Positions 17,174 to 26,646 are shown, counted from the stretch's first letter. The stretch: 64,000 nucleotides of DNA from an uncultured Oscillospiraceae bacterium (GCA_964398655.1 CAYNNG010000001.1:27182-91181); one strand, 5' to 3'. Translations and numbers: made by a program. The notes: generated from the sequence alone by a model not told the origin.

Positions 17174-17424
17174 GGGAGGCTTCCTTCCTAATCTGCGAAG
17201 AAAAAATTCGCTTTTACCGGCAAAAGTGCCAGCGGGTGGATAAGCAGGTAGGGACCTGTTATAGGCTTTTCAAGTAATATTTATCATATCATCAAAGGCA
17301 GATTCAGGTGTCATAATTTGTTTTCTGGCCCTTCCTGCCCATGCCCAGACCCTGTAAATTAAGTTATACTTAGGAGCATAAATATAAAACAAACCCCTGC
17401 TTGCTAGAGAAGTGAGGATACGCC

Positions 17425-19506
17425 ATGAACGAAGCTTATCTTTTTAATACTGGAAAGAACTACCAAGCCTATAAATACCTGGGCGCCCACCCCTATAAGC
17501 TGGGCGATCAAGAGGGCTATATTTTCCGGGTTTGGGCTCCCCAGGCCCAAAGTATCGCCTTGTGCGGTTCCTTTAACAATTGGGATGAGAACCAGCACTT
17601 CATGGAGAAGGATCCGGCTACCGGAATCTGGCAGGCTTTTCGGGCAGATGTCAAGGCCTGGGACCGCTACCAGTACCTGGTCAAGGGCAAAGATGGCTCA
17701 CTGGTCTACAAGGCAGACCCTTTTGCAGTCCACCAGGAGACCAGGCCGGCCAAGGCTTCCATTATTTATGAAGCCCCAGATTTTGCCTGGACCGATGCGG
17801 AATTTATGAAATCCCGCCCCTTGGCCCGCGAGCCTCAGCCTCTCAATATTTACGAGGTGCATTGCGGATCTTGGCGGACCTATCCTGATGGTAATTTTTA
17901 TAACTACCGCGACTTAGGCCGAGAGCTGGCTGCCTATTGTCAGGATATGGCTTATAACGCGGTGGAGCTCCTGCCCATCATGGAGCACCCTCTGGACGCT
18001 TCCTGGGGCTACCAGGTAACAGGTTATTTCGCCCCGACCTCCCGCTTCGGCACACCTGACGATTTCAAAGCCATGGTCAATACCCTGCATGAGGCTGGGA
18101 TTCGAGTAATTTTGGACTGGGTACCCGCCCACTATCCCAAGGACGCTTTTGGCCTCTACCACTTTGACGGCTCACCCTGTTATGAGTATGCGGACCCCCG
18201 CCTGGGCGAACAGCAGGCCTGGGGAACCATGGTTTTTGACTATTCCAAGGCTGAGGTGCAATCCTTCCTCTTATCGTCCGCTTATTATTGGCTGGCCGAG
18301 TATCACTTGGATGGGCTCCGGGTAGATGCCGTGTCTTCCATGATTTACCTGGACTATGGCCGCACCGAGTATGTAAAAAACCGCTTTGGCGGCAATGATA
18401 ACCTGGAGGCCCTCTATTTCCTGCGGACCTGCAACGAGGTCCTGGCCAAGAACTTCCCCCAGGCCCTCTTAATCGCCGAAGAATCTACCGCCTATCCTCA
18501 TATTACTAAGCCTGTAGAAGAAGGCGGCCTAGGTTTTACTCATAAATGGAATATGGGCTGGATGCATGACACCTTAAACTACATGTCGGTAGATTATTAC
18601 GCCCGCAAATACCACCACAACAAGATGTCTTTCTCTATGACCTATGCCTTCTCCGAGCACTATATCCTGCCCTATTCCCACGATGAAGTGGTGCATGGCA
18701 AAAAGTCCATTATTGGCAGGATGCCTGGAGATATCTGGCGTCAGTGTGCCAGCCTTAAGACCTGCTACGCCTGGCAGTTTACCCACCCCGGCGGCAAGCT
18801 CAATTTTATGGGCAACGACTTTGGTCAATTCGTGGAATGGAGGGAGTATGAGGAGCTCCAGTGGTTCATGCTGGAGCACAATCACCACAGGCAGATTCAA
18901 GATTTCAACCGGGCCCTGCACCGGCTCTACCTCAGCCACCCCGCCCTCTACATGGACGACCAATCTTGGCATGGTTTCCGCTGGGTTCAGGTAGATGACA
19001 GGGAGAACTCCGTGTTCGCCGTCAGCCGTATTTATAAGGACCAAGAAATACTCGTGGTCCTAAATATGACCCCTGCCGTATTGGATGGCTATGAGCTAGA
19101 GGTGGAAAACTGTGGCACCTATACCCTTCTGCTCAATTCCGACGACAGCCAATGGGGCGGATCGGCTTATTTAGGCCCCGAGACCGAGGGCAAGGTATAT
19201 CAGACCTCTCCCCTGGATAGTAAAGACCTTGACCGGCGGCAGCAGGATGAACTGGTCCTCCTCAAGGACCTCCATAAAAAGGCTGCTCAGCAGCGGACTA
19301 CCTTCCTCAAACAGCGCCGGAAACTCTACAAATCCTACAGCCAGCTCCTGGGCACAGAAAATCCCGACCAGGACCTCGTGGCAGGCCTGGTAGGAGATGT
19401 GGCTCCCCTGCCCCAAGTTGACGTACAAAAGGCAAAGCCCAAGCTGATTTTGGACCTGCCTCCCCTGTCGGCGATGTTCTTGGAATTTAAGCGGTCGCAA
19501 GAATAA
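17425..19506 (+). CDS. glgB: 1,4-alpha-glucan branching enzyme
   Basis: GH13 motifs (ILDWVPAHYPKD, GLRVDAVSSMIY, LIAEESTAYP, YSHDEVVHGK). There is an ~80-100-aa charged insert before the final LILDLPPLSAMFLEF strand. Confidence 0.93.
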   Translation: MNEAYLFNTGKNYQAYKYLGAHPYKLGDQEGYIFRVWAPQAQSIALCGSFNNWDENQHFMEKDPATGIWQAFRADVKAWDRYQYLVKGKDGSLVYKADPFAVHQETRPAKASIIYEAPDFAWTDAEFMKSRPLAREPQPLNIYEVHCGSWRTYPDGNFYNYRDLGRELAAYCQDMAYNAVELLPIMEHPLDASWGYQVTGYFAPTSRFGTPDDFKAMVNTLHEAGIRVILDWVPAHYPKDAFGLYHFDGSPCYEYADPRLGEQQAWGTMVFDYSKAEVQSFLLSSAYYWLAEYHLDGLRVDAVSSMIYLDYGRTEYVKNRFGGNDNLEALYFLRTCNEVLAKNFPQALLIAEESTAYPHITKPVEEGGLGFTHKWNMGWMHDTLNYMSVDYYARKYHHNKMSFSMTYAFSEHYILPYSHDEVVHGKKSIIGRMPGDIWRQCASLKTCYAWQFTHPGGKLNFMGNDFGQFVEWREYEELQWFMLEHNHHRQIQDFNRALHRLYLSHPALYMDDQSWHGFRWVQVDDRENSVFAVSRIYKDQEILVVLNMTPAVLDGYELEVENCGTYTLLLNSDDSQWGGSAYLGPETEGKVYQTSPLDSKDLDRRQQDELVLLKDLHKKAAQQRTTFLKQRRKLYKSYSQLLGTENPDQDLVAGLVGDVAPLPQVDVQKAKPKLILDLPPLSAMFLEFKRSQE

Positions 19507-19599
19507 ACCTATTAGGGGGGTGCGGACAAAATTTTGGACAAGTTTGCAAGAAACAGTTGGCTGTTCACCCTGCTTTAGGAAACGAAATAAGAGCTGAGC

Positions 19600-20595
19600 T
19601 TAGATGCCTAAGATAAGGTAGCGCGCAGCCAAAATCACAAAAAAAGCGATACCTGCTCCTAGATAAAACAGGTGGATAGTCTTGTCTATGTCGCGGATTT
19701 CCGGAGTCCGCTTGGCGTCGCCAATGCTGGGCTTCACAATTTCTACGCCTCCATAGCTATGGGTACCACCCAGCTGGATGCCCAGGGCGCCGGCCGCCAC
19801 AGCTTCGGTTTGGGCGGAGTTGGGTGACAGGTGGTTATGCCGGTCCCGGCGGAAGATCCGCCAGCCCTCGTGAAAGTTCAGACCAGCCAAGGGCGAGGCC
19901 AAGAGTAAACAAAGAGCGGCCAGACGGGCGGGCAGGAAATTTACCACGTCATCCAGGCGGGCTGCCGCCTTGCCAAAGTCTTCATAGCGGGCGTTGTGGT
20001 AGCCCAGCATAGAGTCCATGGTGTTAATCACCTTGTAAAAAAACATACCCGGCAGGTCAAAGAGCGCGAAAAAGAATAAAGGGGCCACCATCCCATCAGC
20101 AAAGTTTTCGGCCACCGTCTCCACGGCTGCCTTAATCACCTCAGTATCAGAGAGTTCGGCGGTGTCTCGGCCTACAATCCGGGCCAGGCGCAGACGGGCG
20201 GCAGGCAGGCCTTGGGTACGAAGAGCCGCCGCTACCATCCCTGCTTCCTGGGCCAGACCTTTAAGGGCCAGGAGCTGCCAGACCAAAATCAGACGAAAGA
20301 GCAAATACAAATAAGGGTTAAGGCTGAAGAGCAAACGGAGGACGGCTTGCAGGGCCAGGGTGAGACCAACGGGCAAGAAGATAGCCAAGAGGACTCCCCG
20401 GCTGAGGCGCTGAGCGGGGGTCAAGAGGGGGCGGTTGAGCTGGCGATCAAAAAAGCTGATCAGCTTCCCTACCAGGACCACAGGGTGCAGGCTGGAGGAC
20501 GGGTCAGCGAGGATCAGGTCCAGAACCAAGGCCAGGAGAGCGGTGAGGTAAAAACTGGTCTGGGCCAGATTGTTGAGTTCCCAAGCAAGCGGCAT
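19600..20595 (-). CDS. cbiB: Adenosylcobinamide-phosphate synthase CbiB/CobD
   Basis: DLILADPSSSLHPVVLVGKLISFFDR..HNHLSPNSAQTEAVAAGALGIQLGG. Confidence 0.9.
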   Translation of the reverse strand: MPLAWELNNLAQTSFYLTALLALVLDLILADPSSSLHPVVLVGKLISFFDRQLNRPLLTPAQRLSRGVLLAIFLPVGLTLALQAVLRLLFSLNPYLYLLFRLILVWQLLALKGLAQEAGMVAAALRTQGLPAARLRLARIVGRDTAELSDTEVIKAAVETVAENFADGMVAPLFFFALFDLPGMFFYKVINTMDSMLGYHNARYEDFGKAAARLDDVVNFLPARLAALCLLLASPLAGLNFHEGWRIFRRDRHNHLSPNSAQTEAVAAGALGIQLGGTHSYGGVEIVKPSIGDAKRTPEIRDIDKTIHLFYLGAGIAFFVILAARYLILGI

Positions 20596-20960
20596 TAATC
20601 TAGTTCCTCATTTTTCAGACAGAGGCCCAGGCCGACAAAGACCCGGTAGACTTGCGTGGCCCGGCTGGCTAAATTCTGCAGCAGGGCACCATTGAACTCA
20701 CGCAGACTCCTCTCTTGGGCATCTAAGGGGACGAGGCCGCAACCTACATCTTCCATGATGCAGATGTACTGGCCTTGGAGCTCCGCCTGGAGATAGTCCA
20801 GGCGATTATCCAGGTCCTGCCGGGACAACTTAGAGAGGTCTGGCAGAATCTGGCGGAGGTCATAGATGGGCAGGTCTAAGCCCTCGGACCGGTAAGAGTC
20901 ACGCAGCTGTTGGGCGAAGTGGGTCTTGCCTTGGGCGGCACCGCCAAATATGAGGATCAT
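20595..20960 (-). CDS. Short CobU-like P-loop protein (lacks the central His-loop region)
   Basis: 121 aa. MILIFGGAAQGKT (P-loop) joins directly to ICIMEDVGCGLVPLDAQERSLREFNGALLQNLASRATQVYRVFVGLGLCLK, which parallels the CobU C-terminal half. Overlaps the cbiB start by 1 nt. Confidence 0.6.
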   Translation of the reverse strand: MILIFGGAAQGKTHFAQQLRDSYRSEGLDLPIYDLRQILPDLSKLSRQDLDNRLDYLQAELQGQYICIMEDVGCGLVPLDAQERSLREFNGALLQNLASRATQVYRVFVGLGLCLKNEELD

Positions 20961-20976
20961 GGGCAGGTCTCTCCTT

Positions 20977-21792
20977 CTAAAGACGTAAAAGCAGACTCAA
21001 AAGCAGCAGGCTGAAGTCAGAAAACAAGCAGAGGGCTTGGCCGGCCAGGTCACCGGAAATGCCGCCAAAAGTCCGCTGGTAGTAGGTCCGGGCAGCCTGC
21101 CAAGCGAGTGCTAACAACAGGGTCAAGACGAGTCCCCGCCAACCTAAGGCGAGGGAAAGGACCAAGGCCCAAATTAGGCCATGGACCACTAGCAGACGGT
21201 TGGCCAAGGGGTCAGGTTCAGGGGCCATAGTCCGTGACATGCCGGTCTTCTGAGCCTTGGGCATGACCTGGGTTAAGCCCCCCGATAAGGCGCGCAGGAA
21301 GGCCGGCAAAACCAGCAGGGTCATAAATAGTCGGGCCTGAGAGGTATTCTGGGGCACCAGCCTATAGAGGTCCGACCACAAGATAATCTGCCAGAGACTG
21401 TGAATGACCAGAGCAATAACCGCCATGGGCCCGGTCAAGGGGTCATGCATGATCTCCAGCATGCGGTCACGGTCGCGCCGGGAGAAGATAGCATCCGAGG
21501 CATCCGCCAGGCCATCTAAGTGGATAAAGCCCGTGAGATAGGCTTCAAGACTATAAATCAGGAGCCCAAATACCAGACCCGAGAGGCCAACAGCCCGGGC
21601 CAAAAGTAAAACTAGGCCCTGGCAAAGCCCGATCGCCGCCCCCACCAGTGGGAAGGCGGCCAGAGTGAAGCGGAGATTTTCCGGATGATAGGCGGGGGCC
21701 TTCACCGGAAAGAGGGAGAAGGTCGAAAAGGCCGTAAGGATGCCGCTCCAGATTTGGGACCAGATCTTAGGCGGGGTTGAGACTTTTGCCAT
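20977..21792 (-). CDS. cobS: Adenosylcobinamide-GDP ribazoletransferase (cobalamin synthase)
   Basis: FSLFPVKAP..AAFPLVGAAIG..HLDGLADASDAIFS..DPLTGPMAVIAL. Confidence 0.9.
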   Translation of the reverse strand: MAKVSTPPKIWSQIWSGILTAFSTFSLFPVKAPAYHPENLRFTLAAFPLVGAAIGLCQGLVLLLARAVGLSGLVFGLLIYSLEAYLTGFIHLDGLADASDAIFSRRDRDRMLEIMHDPLTGPMAVIALVIHSLWQIILWSDLYRLVPQNTSQARLFMTLLVLPAFLRALSGGLTQVMPKAQKTGMSRTMAPEPDPLANRLLVVHGLIWALVLSLALGWRGLVLTLLLALAWQAARTYYQRTFGGISGDLAGQALCLFSDFSLLLLSLLLRL

Positions 21793-21795
21793 GCT

Positions 21796-22155
21796 TTAGT
21801 CGTCGGTTTGGCCCTGCTTCGAAAGGATAGCTGCAGCAGCCGCACAGGCTGGGCAATCGCAGTATTTTTCGCCTTGGGACTGGCGTTTCTGCGCATGGGT
21901 CAAAATCTGCTGGGCCAATTCTGGGCCAAAGACTTTCTGCCCTTCGCTCGACTGGGCAAACGCGATCAGCTGATCCAGGGGCATGATATCGGCCTGCATT
22001 TCCGCCATCAGTTTGTGGGTTTGTTCTGCTTCCTGAGGGGTGTCCAGGGCTGCAAGCCAGGCCTGGCCGGCAGCCTTGGCTTCTGCGGAACAGGAATCTG
22101 CGGCCACGAGTTGTTCTACTTGAGTTTTGAGAAAAGCTTTTACTTCTGCGTTCAT
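21796..22155 (-). CDS. Small alpha-helical protein with a C-terminal YCDCPAC motif (function unknown)
   Basis: 119-aa ORF inside the cob operon. Its stop is 3 nt before the cobS ATG. Cys residues: one at aa 22 and the CDCPAC cluster near the C-terminus. Confidence 0.6.
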   Translation of the reverse strand: MNAEVKAFLKTQVEQLVAADSCSAEAKAAGQAWLAALDTPQEAEQTHKLMAEMQADIMPLDQLIAFAQSSEGQKVFGPELAQQILTHAQKRQSQGEKYCDCPACAAAAAILSKQGQTDD

Positions 22156-22324
22156 GAGATAAACCTCCTAAGGGGCACAAGCTGACTTGGGGCCAGCTTG
22201 GTCGTATCTAGCCAAAGGAAACCAGTACATGGCAAGCGGCTAATTTTCGCCTGTACAAGTCGGCTCCCTACTCTTTGATTCTATACTTTACGGGCGGTCA
22301 GAGAAAGTCAGGGCTGCTCTCCCG

Positions 22325-23113
22325 CTACTTGCCCCCTTCAGACAGGCCAGGGCCCGACCAAGCCAAGGGAATACCGGCCGCCACTTCCACCAGCCAGCAG
22401 GCAGGGTCTGCAGCCAGACCTTGATGGACCAGGTCCAGGGTATCCAGCCAAAGCTGGGACCAGGGATCGGGGGCTGGGCAGTTGCTGAAAACATCGTTTG
22501 AGGCGATGAGGAGCAAGCTGGTCTGGTTTTTAAGCCAGGCCAAGTCCTCCAACAGGTCTTGGGCAATCTGGCCTGCCAGATCTGGCGCCGGCGCTTGGTC
22601 ATAGTTTGCGGGCAAGCCCCAGGCAGTTTGCCGGTCTTGATTGTGAGGGCTGAATATTTCGTTGGCAGTCAAAGTGCCCAGGCACTCCAGGAGCAGGACG
22701 GACTGGGAGTGGGGGGAGACAGGTCGCAGGGACTCACCATTTGAGGACTGCCCCTTCAGCTTCAAGAAATAGTCCCGCAAGTGTAGGGGGAGATTGCAGC
22801 TGGCCTCCAGGGTCTCAAAACCCTTGCCCGCCCGCTGGGCCCTGTGTCTGTCTACCCGCGCCTGGTTTTCCGGATCCTCCCCCACCTCTAAGGTGGCTAG
22901 GTACAAGAGGGGAACCTGCCAGGCGCGCGCCATCGCTTGAGCCCAAATTTCCAAGCACTTGGACTTGCCGGACTTACTTCCTCCTACAGCAAGGACCAGC
23001 TGGCCTGGCTGCAGGCTTAAGTCGCGCGCCTCAGTTGCCAGTACGGAAGCCTTAAGCCTGGTGGGAATCCTGACTTGCATAGTCCTCATAAGCCTCGACC
23101 TGGCCTTGTTCAA
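22325..23113 (-). CDS. cobU: Adenosylcobinamide kinase / adenosylcobinamide-phosphate guanylyltransferase CobU/CobP (insert-bearing)
   Basis: VLAVGGSKSGKS (P-loop), LLYLATLEVGEDPENQARVDRHRAQRA (guanylyl-His region), LLLECLGTLTANEIF, LLLIASNDVFSN. The true start is probably ATG 23089 or 23080, either of which overlaps the cobT end. Confidence 0.8.
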   Translation of the reverse strand: MNKARSRLMRTMQVRIPTRLKASVLATEARDLSLQPGQLVLAVGGSKSGKSKCLEIWAQAMARAWQVPLLYLATLEVGEDPENQARVDRHRAQRAGKGFETLEASCNLPLHLRDYFLKLKGQSSNGESLRPVSPHSQSVLLLECLGTLTANEIFSPHNQDRQTAWGLPANYDQAPAPDLAGQIAQDLLEDLAWLKNQTSLLLIASNDVFSNCPAPDPWSQLWLDTLDLVHQGLAADPACWLVEVAAGIPLAWSGPGLSEGGK

Positions 23114-24233
23114 AACTGGGCATCTGAGTGAACACCTCTTGTGTCATCTCTAAAAGGGGCAAGAGGAAGAGGGCTCCTGCGCCTTCGCCTAAAGCCAGGT
23201 CTAGTTCTAGGGTGGGCTGGAGTCCCAGGTCTTGGGCAATGAAGCCCGAACATTTTTCCCGCGGTTTATGGCTGGGCAGGAAGTAGGCTGCCGCCTCCGG
23301 AGCGTAGCGCGAAGCCACTAGGGCAGCGGCGTAGGAGATCAGTCCATCCAAAATGACAGGCAGATGGGCGTGGGCCGCACCCAGGTACAGACCGGCCAGG
23401 GCCGCGATGTCCAGGCCGCCTACCGCGGCAAGGTAGCTTGTAATATCCTCACCCTCTAGTTGGTCTGCGTACTTGTCGTAAGCCTTCTGCAGGACCTGTT
23501 TTTTATGGTCCAGGCCTTGATCAGACAAGCCGGCTCCGTGGCCGCAGACCTCAGGGATATCTAGTTGTAAGAGCAGCGAAGAGATAAGAGTAGAAGTGGA
23601 GGTGTTGCCAATCCCCATCTCCCCTCCAACTAGGATTTTATAGCCAGCCTCCTGGGCAGCTTCGGCCAGGGTGATGCCCGTTACCAGGGCTTGCAGGCAC
23701 TCTGCCCGGGTCATAGCTGGCTCTTCCAGCAAGTTGCGGGTCCCTTGGGGCCTCACCACAGCTTCTATCACGCCCACGTGGGTGCTGCCGCTTGCGCAAT
23801 AATCTGCCGCACCCAGGTTTACGGGGTAAAGATCCAAGCCCAACTCTTGAGCCAAGATCGCTACCGTGGACTTACCTTCCGTCATATTGACTAGGACCTG
23901 GCTGGTGACCTCCTGGCCGCATTGGCTAACCCCCTCTGCAACCAGTCCGTTGTCCGCCACCATGCAAAAAATACCCACGGGACGCAAGGCTGGCCGCTTT
24001 TGCCTTTGCAGGGCGGCGAGTTCTGCCCAGTAGTCCTCTAAAACACCCAGGGAATGCAGAGGTTTGCACAGCTGGTCCCAAGCCCGGAACATACCCGCCA
24101 GGTAGGCAGGATCTCCACTCGTAATCTCTGCCAGGTAAGCAGCGAGTTTTTCCTCCTGGACTAACTGGGCGCAGCGGCTGCGGCTCTCCTCGTAACATGC
24201 GGCAAAATTGGTTTTAGGATCAAGCTTAGGCAT
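23052..24233 (-). CDS. cobT: Nicotinate-nucleotide--dimethylbenzimidazole phosphoribosyltransferase
   Basis: LVGGEMGIGNTSTSTLISSLL..GGLDIAALAGLYLGAA..LGEGAGALFLLPLLE. Confidence 0.92.
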   Translation of the reverse strand: MPKLDPKTNFAACYEESRSRCAQLVQEEKLAAYLAEITSGDPAYLAGMFRAWDQLCKPLHSLGVLEDYWAELAALQRQKRPALRPVGIFCMVADNGLVAEGVSQCGQEVTSQVLVNMTEGKSTVAILAQELGLDLYPVNLGAADYCASGSTHVGVIEAVVRPQGTRNLLEEPAMTRAECLQALVTGITLAEAAQEAGYKILVGGEMGIGNTSTSTLISSLLLQLDIPEVCGHGAGLSDQGLDHKKQVLQKAYDKYADQLEGEDITSYLAAVGGLDIAALAGLYLGAAHAHLPVILDGLISYAAALVASRYAPEAAAYFLPSHKPREKCSGFIAQDLGLQPTLELDLALGEGAGALFLLPLLEMTQEVFTQMPSFEQGQVEAYEDYASQDSHQA

Positions 24234-24235
24234 GA

Positions 24236-24877
24236 CTAAAACTCCTTCCCCAACTTGCGTTCGGCCCGCAGTTTAGCTGCCTTAAAGTTACCGTCACTAT
24301 CTAAAATAGCGGCGGCCAGCTCATGCAGCTGGGGAGCCCGCAGCTCAGGATGTAGTTTTTGCATGGCTTCCGATTGGCGGACCGCGGCATAGCCGCTGGA
24401 AGCCTCACTCCAGTCGGGGCCTAGCTCTCTTTCCAGGCGATGGGTCACGAGGTCGGCCAGCTCGGGAGCTGTTTCCGAAGAAATCCCGAAAGTTAGCGCC
24501 TCACGGTCGATGGTATGACCAAAGTTTAAGCGGCTGTTCCGGCCAACTCGTGAAGCGAGTACCTGCAAAGCCTCACAAACCATGTAGAGATCATGGTCCC
24601 GCTGCCCGCTGCCTGTGGCCAAGACTACCAGGCGGGGAGGTTGGTGGCTCTTTAGCAGGTGCTCCAGCATTTCCGGGGTGAGGTTGGCTCTCACAATGGA
24701 CAGCCGGTTGCTGCGGTTAGCTAGATCGGAGAAACCCTCCGCAAAATCTTGGGCCCAGACCGCCACCCAGGCTCCCTGGTCCAGCAAGATCCTGGTCCTG
24801 TCCAAAGCCTCCGGGCAGCCACCTGCCACGAGGCAGGGCCAGCCCTCTAAATCTATAAAAAACGCAGTTTTTGCCAT
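24236..24877 (-). CDS. SirC / CysG-N-like (precorrin-2 dehydrogenase fold) with a degenerate dinucleotide-binding motif
   Basis: FIDLEGWPCLVAGGCPEALDRTRILLDQGAWVAVWA aligns with the LxVGGGxVAxRKxxxLLxxGAxVxVV of siroheme-synthase N-domains. LVVLATGSG and FGISSETAPELADLVTHRLEREL match later family blocks. Confidence 0.5.
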   Translation of the reverse strand: MAKTAFFIDLEGWPCLVAGGCPEALDRTRILLDQGAWVAVWAQDFAEGFSDLANRSNRLSIVRANLTPEMLEHLLKSHQPPRLVVLATGSGQRDHDLYMVCEALQVLASRVGRNSRLNFGHTIDREALTFGISSETAPELADLVTHRLERELGPDWSEASSGYAAVRQSEAMQKLHPELRAPQLHELAAAILDSDGNFKAAKLRAERKLGKEF

Positions 24878-24985
24878 ACCTTTCTCCTCTTTGCTTTTAC
24901 TTATCTATACTCTTACCTGCTTGGTCTATGTACTAATATACGGGTTTGCTTATGCATGCCGTATGCGTACCCTGGGCTAAATCGC

Positions 24986-25693
24986 CTAAGCCAGGGCAAA
25001 GGCCCGGTCGGGGAAATTCGTGATCACGCCTTCCACGCCCAGACTCTGGCAGCGGGCCAGGTCTTCCGGTTCATTAACGGTCCAGCAATTGACCTTGACC
25101 CCATACTCCTGGCAGGAGGCCATTTGCACCTCATCCAGGATGCGGAAGTCCGGATGGTAGTAGGCCAGGTCAAACTTGTGGCAGTAATAGCCAACATTGC
25201 CTACCGACTGGAAACTCAGCAAGGCTCCGCAGGGAATATCTGGGGCCAGCTCGCGCAAGACATGCAGGGAGGAATGGTTGAAGGAAGAGAAAAGGACCCG
25301 GTCAGATAAACCAGATTCCCTCACCAAAGCCAAGGTCTTCTCTTCAATATCCTGGTAATAGTAGCGGTCGGTCTTGATTTCAATATTGGTAATCAAGTCA
25401 GTGTCCTTGACCCAGTCCAGGTACTCCTCCAGGCTGGGAATTTTGGCCTCCAGCTTAAAGGCCACACCCGCATTGAGTTTTTGCAGCTGGCTCCAGGTTA
25501 GGTCCTTGATCCAGCCCCGTCCATCCGTAGTGCGGTTTACTTTTTCGTCGTGGATGACCACCAGCTTGTCGTCCTTGGTCAAGTGGACATCCAGCTCAAT
25601 GCCATAGCAGCCAAGTTCTGCGGCTTTTTGAAAAGCCAGCATGGTATTTTCTGGATATTGGCCGGAGAAGCCGCGGTGTGCGTAAACTTTCAT
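24986..25693 (-). CDS. glpQ: Glycerophosphodiester phosphodiesterase
   Basis: MKVYAHRGFSGQYPENTMLAFQKAAELGCYGIELDVHLTKDDKLVVIHDEKVNRTTDG. Confidence 0.92.
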   Translation of the reverse strand: MKVYAHRGFSGQYPENTMLAFQKAAELGCYGIELDVHLTKDDKLVVIHDEKVNRTTDGRGWIKDLTWSQLQKLNAGVAFKLEAKIPSLEEYLDWVKDTDLITNIEIKTDRYYYQDIEEKTLALVRESGLSDRVLFSSFNHSSLHVLRELAPDIPCGALLSFQSVGNVGYYCHKFDLAYYHPDFRILDEVQMASCQEYGVKVNCWTVNEPEDLARCQSLGVEGVITNFPDRAFALA

Positions 25694-25716
25694 GTTTGCC
25701 TCCTTAGTTTATCTAT

Positions 25717-26646
25717 TTAGCTTAGGGCCATAAAGAGCAAGATCACCAGGCCCAGGGCAATGCGGTAATAGGCGAAGCCCCGGAAGGAGTGGCTGCGGAC
25801 GTAGGCTAAGAAATATTTAATCGTGAGCAGTGAGGTGGCAAAAGCTACCAGACAGGCTAGGAGCAAGGCTAAAAGTTCCATGCTGCTGGCAGACACGGAC
25901 AGGCGCAGGAGTTTGAGCAGGGAAGCTCCTGCCATGACCGGGATAGCCAAATAAAAGGAAAACTCCGAGGCCGCCGGCCGGCTAAGCCCCAAGACCAGGC
26001 CTCCGATAATGCAGGCGCCCGACCGGGAGACTCCGGGGAACACCCCAGCCAACATTTGGAAACAGCCGATCCAAAGCGCAATCTGCCAGGTAATTTGCCT
26101 ATGGTTGGTGATTGTGGGATTTTTGCCCTCCTGCCATCTTTCGACCAGCAAGAAGGCCAGGGCCACAATAATCAAGGCCAGGGCCACTGACAAGGGGTTG
26201 TAGAAATACTTTTCAAAGAATTCGTCTAAGAATACGCCCACAATGCCAGCCGGCACACAGGCCAGGAGGATTTTCCCCCACAGTGAGAGGATATCTAAAT
26301 CCCAAGCTAAATGGGATCCCTGCTTAGCTACACGGGGCGGCCTTGTATTGGTTGGACGCTGGGAGTTATAGCGGTTTTCCAGGCTCCTATGGCCATAGGA
26401 GCCTGGTCCTGCCAGACTGGCCTGACGCTTAAGCGGCCAGAGCTGGGGCCAGAAGTAGATGACCACCGCGAGGATCGCCGCCAGCTGGATGACGATACGG
26501 AAAAGGGCCAAAAAATCTGGAGACAGCTGCAGGGGCAGGAGGTTTTCCAGCAGGATAAGGTGGCCGGTGGAAGATACGGGCAACCATTCTGTAATGCCTT
26601 CCACTATGCCGTAGAGAATGAGTTTGAGAATTTCCCAGAGATCCAT
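25717..26646 (-). CDS. uppP: Undecaprenyl-diphosphate phosphatase (BacA/UppP) with a ~50-aa hydrophilic insert
   Basis: GIVEGITEWLPVSSTGHLIL..GVSRSGACIIGGL..EFSFYLAIPVMAGAS. The insert reads RQASLAGPGSYGHRSLENRYNSQRPTNTRPPRVAKQGS. Confidence 0.9.
   Translation of the reverse strand: MDLWEILKLILYGIVEGITEWLPVSSTGHLILLENLLPLQLSPDFLALFRIVIQLAAILAVVIYFWPQLWPLKRQASLAGPGSYGHRSLENRYNSQRPTNTRPPRVAKQGSHLAWDLDILSLWGKILLACVPAGIVGVFLDEFFEKYFYNPLSVALALIIVALAFLLVERWQEGKNPTITNHRQITWQIALWIGCFQMLAGVFPGVSRSGACIIGGLVLGLSRPAASEFSFYLAIPVMAGASLLKLLRLSVSASSMELLALLLACLVAFATSLLTIKYFLAYVRSHSFRGFAYYRIALGLVILLFMALS

Noticed and set aside
21702-22180. ORFs 21702-21896(-) and 21767-22180(-) overlapping cobS and the CDCPAC protein
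   Set aside because: These are alternative frames with Arg/Pro/Ser-rich composition. The in-frame neighbours have family motifs and tight operon spacing.
22156-22324. Possible cobalamin riboswitch inside or ahead of the cob operon (also 24878-24985)
   Set aside because: The gaps are short (169 and 108 nt). GGCGAAAATTAGCC only weakly recalls GGTGAAAATCC. No B12-box-like sequence and no expression platform were found.
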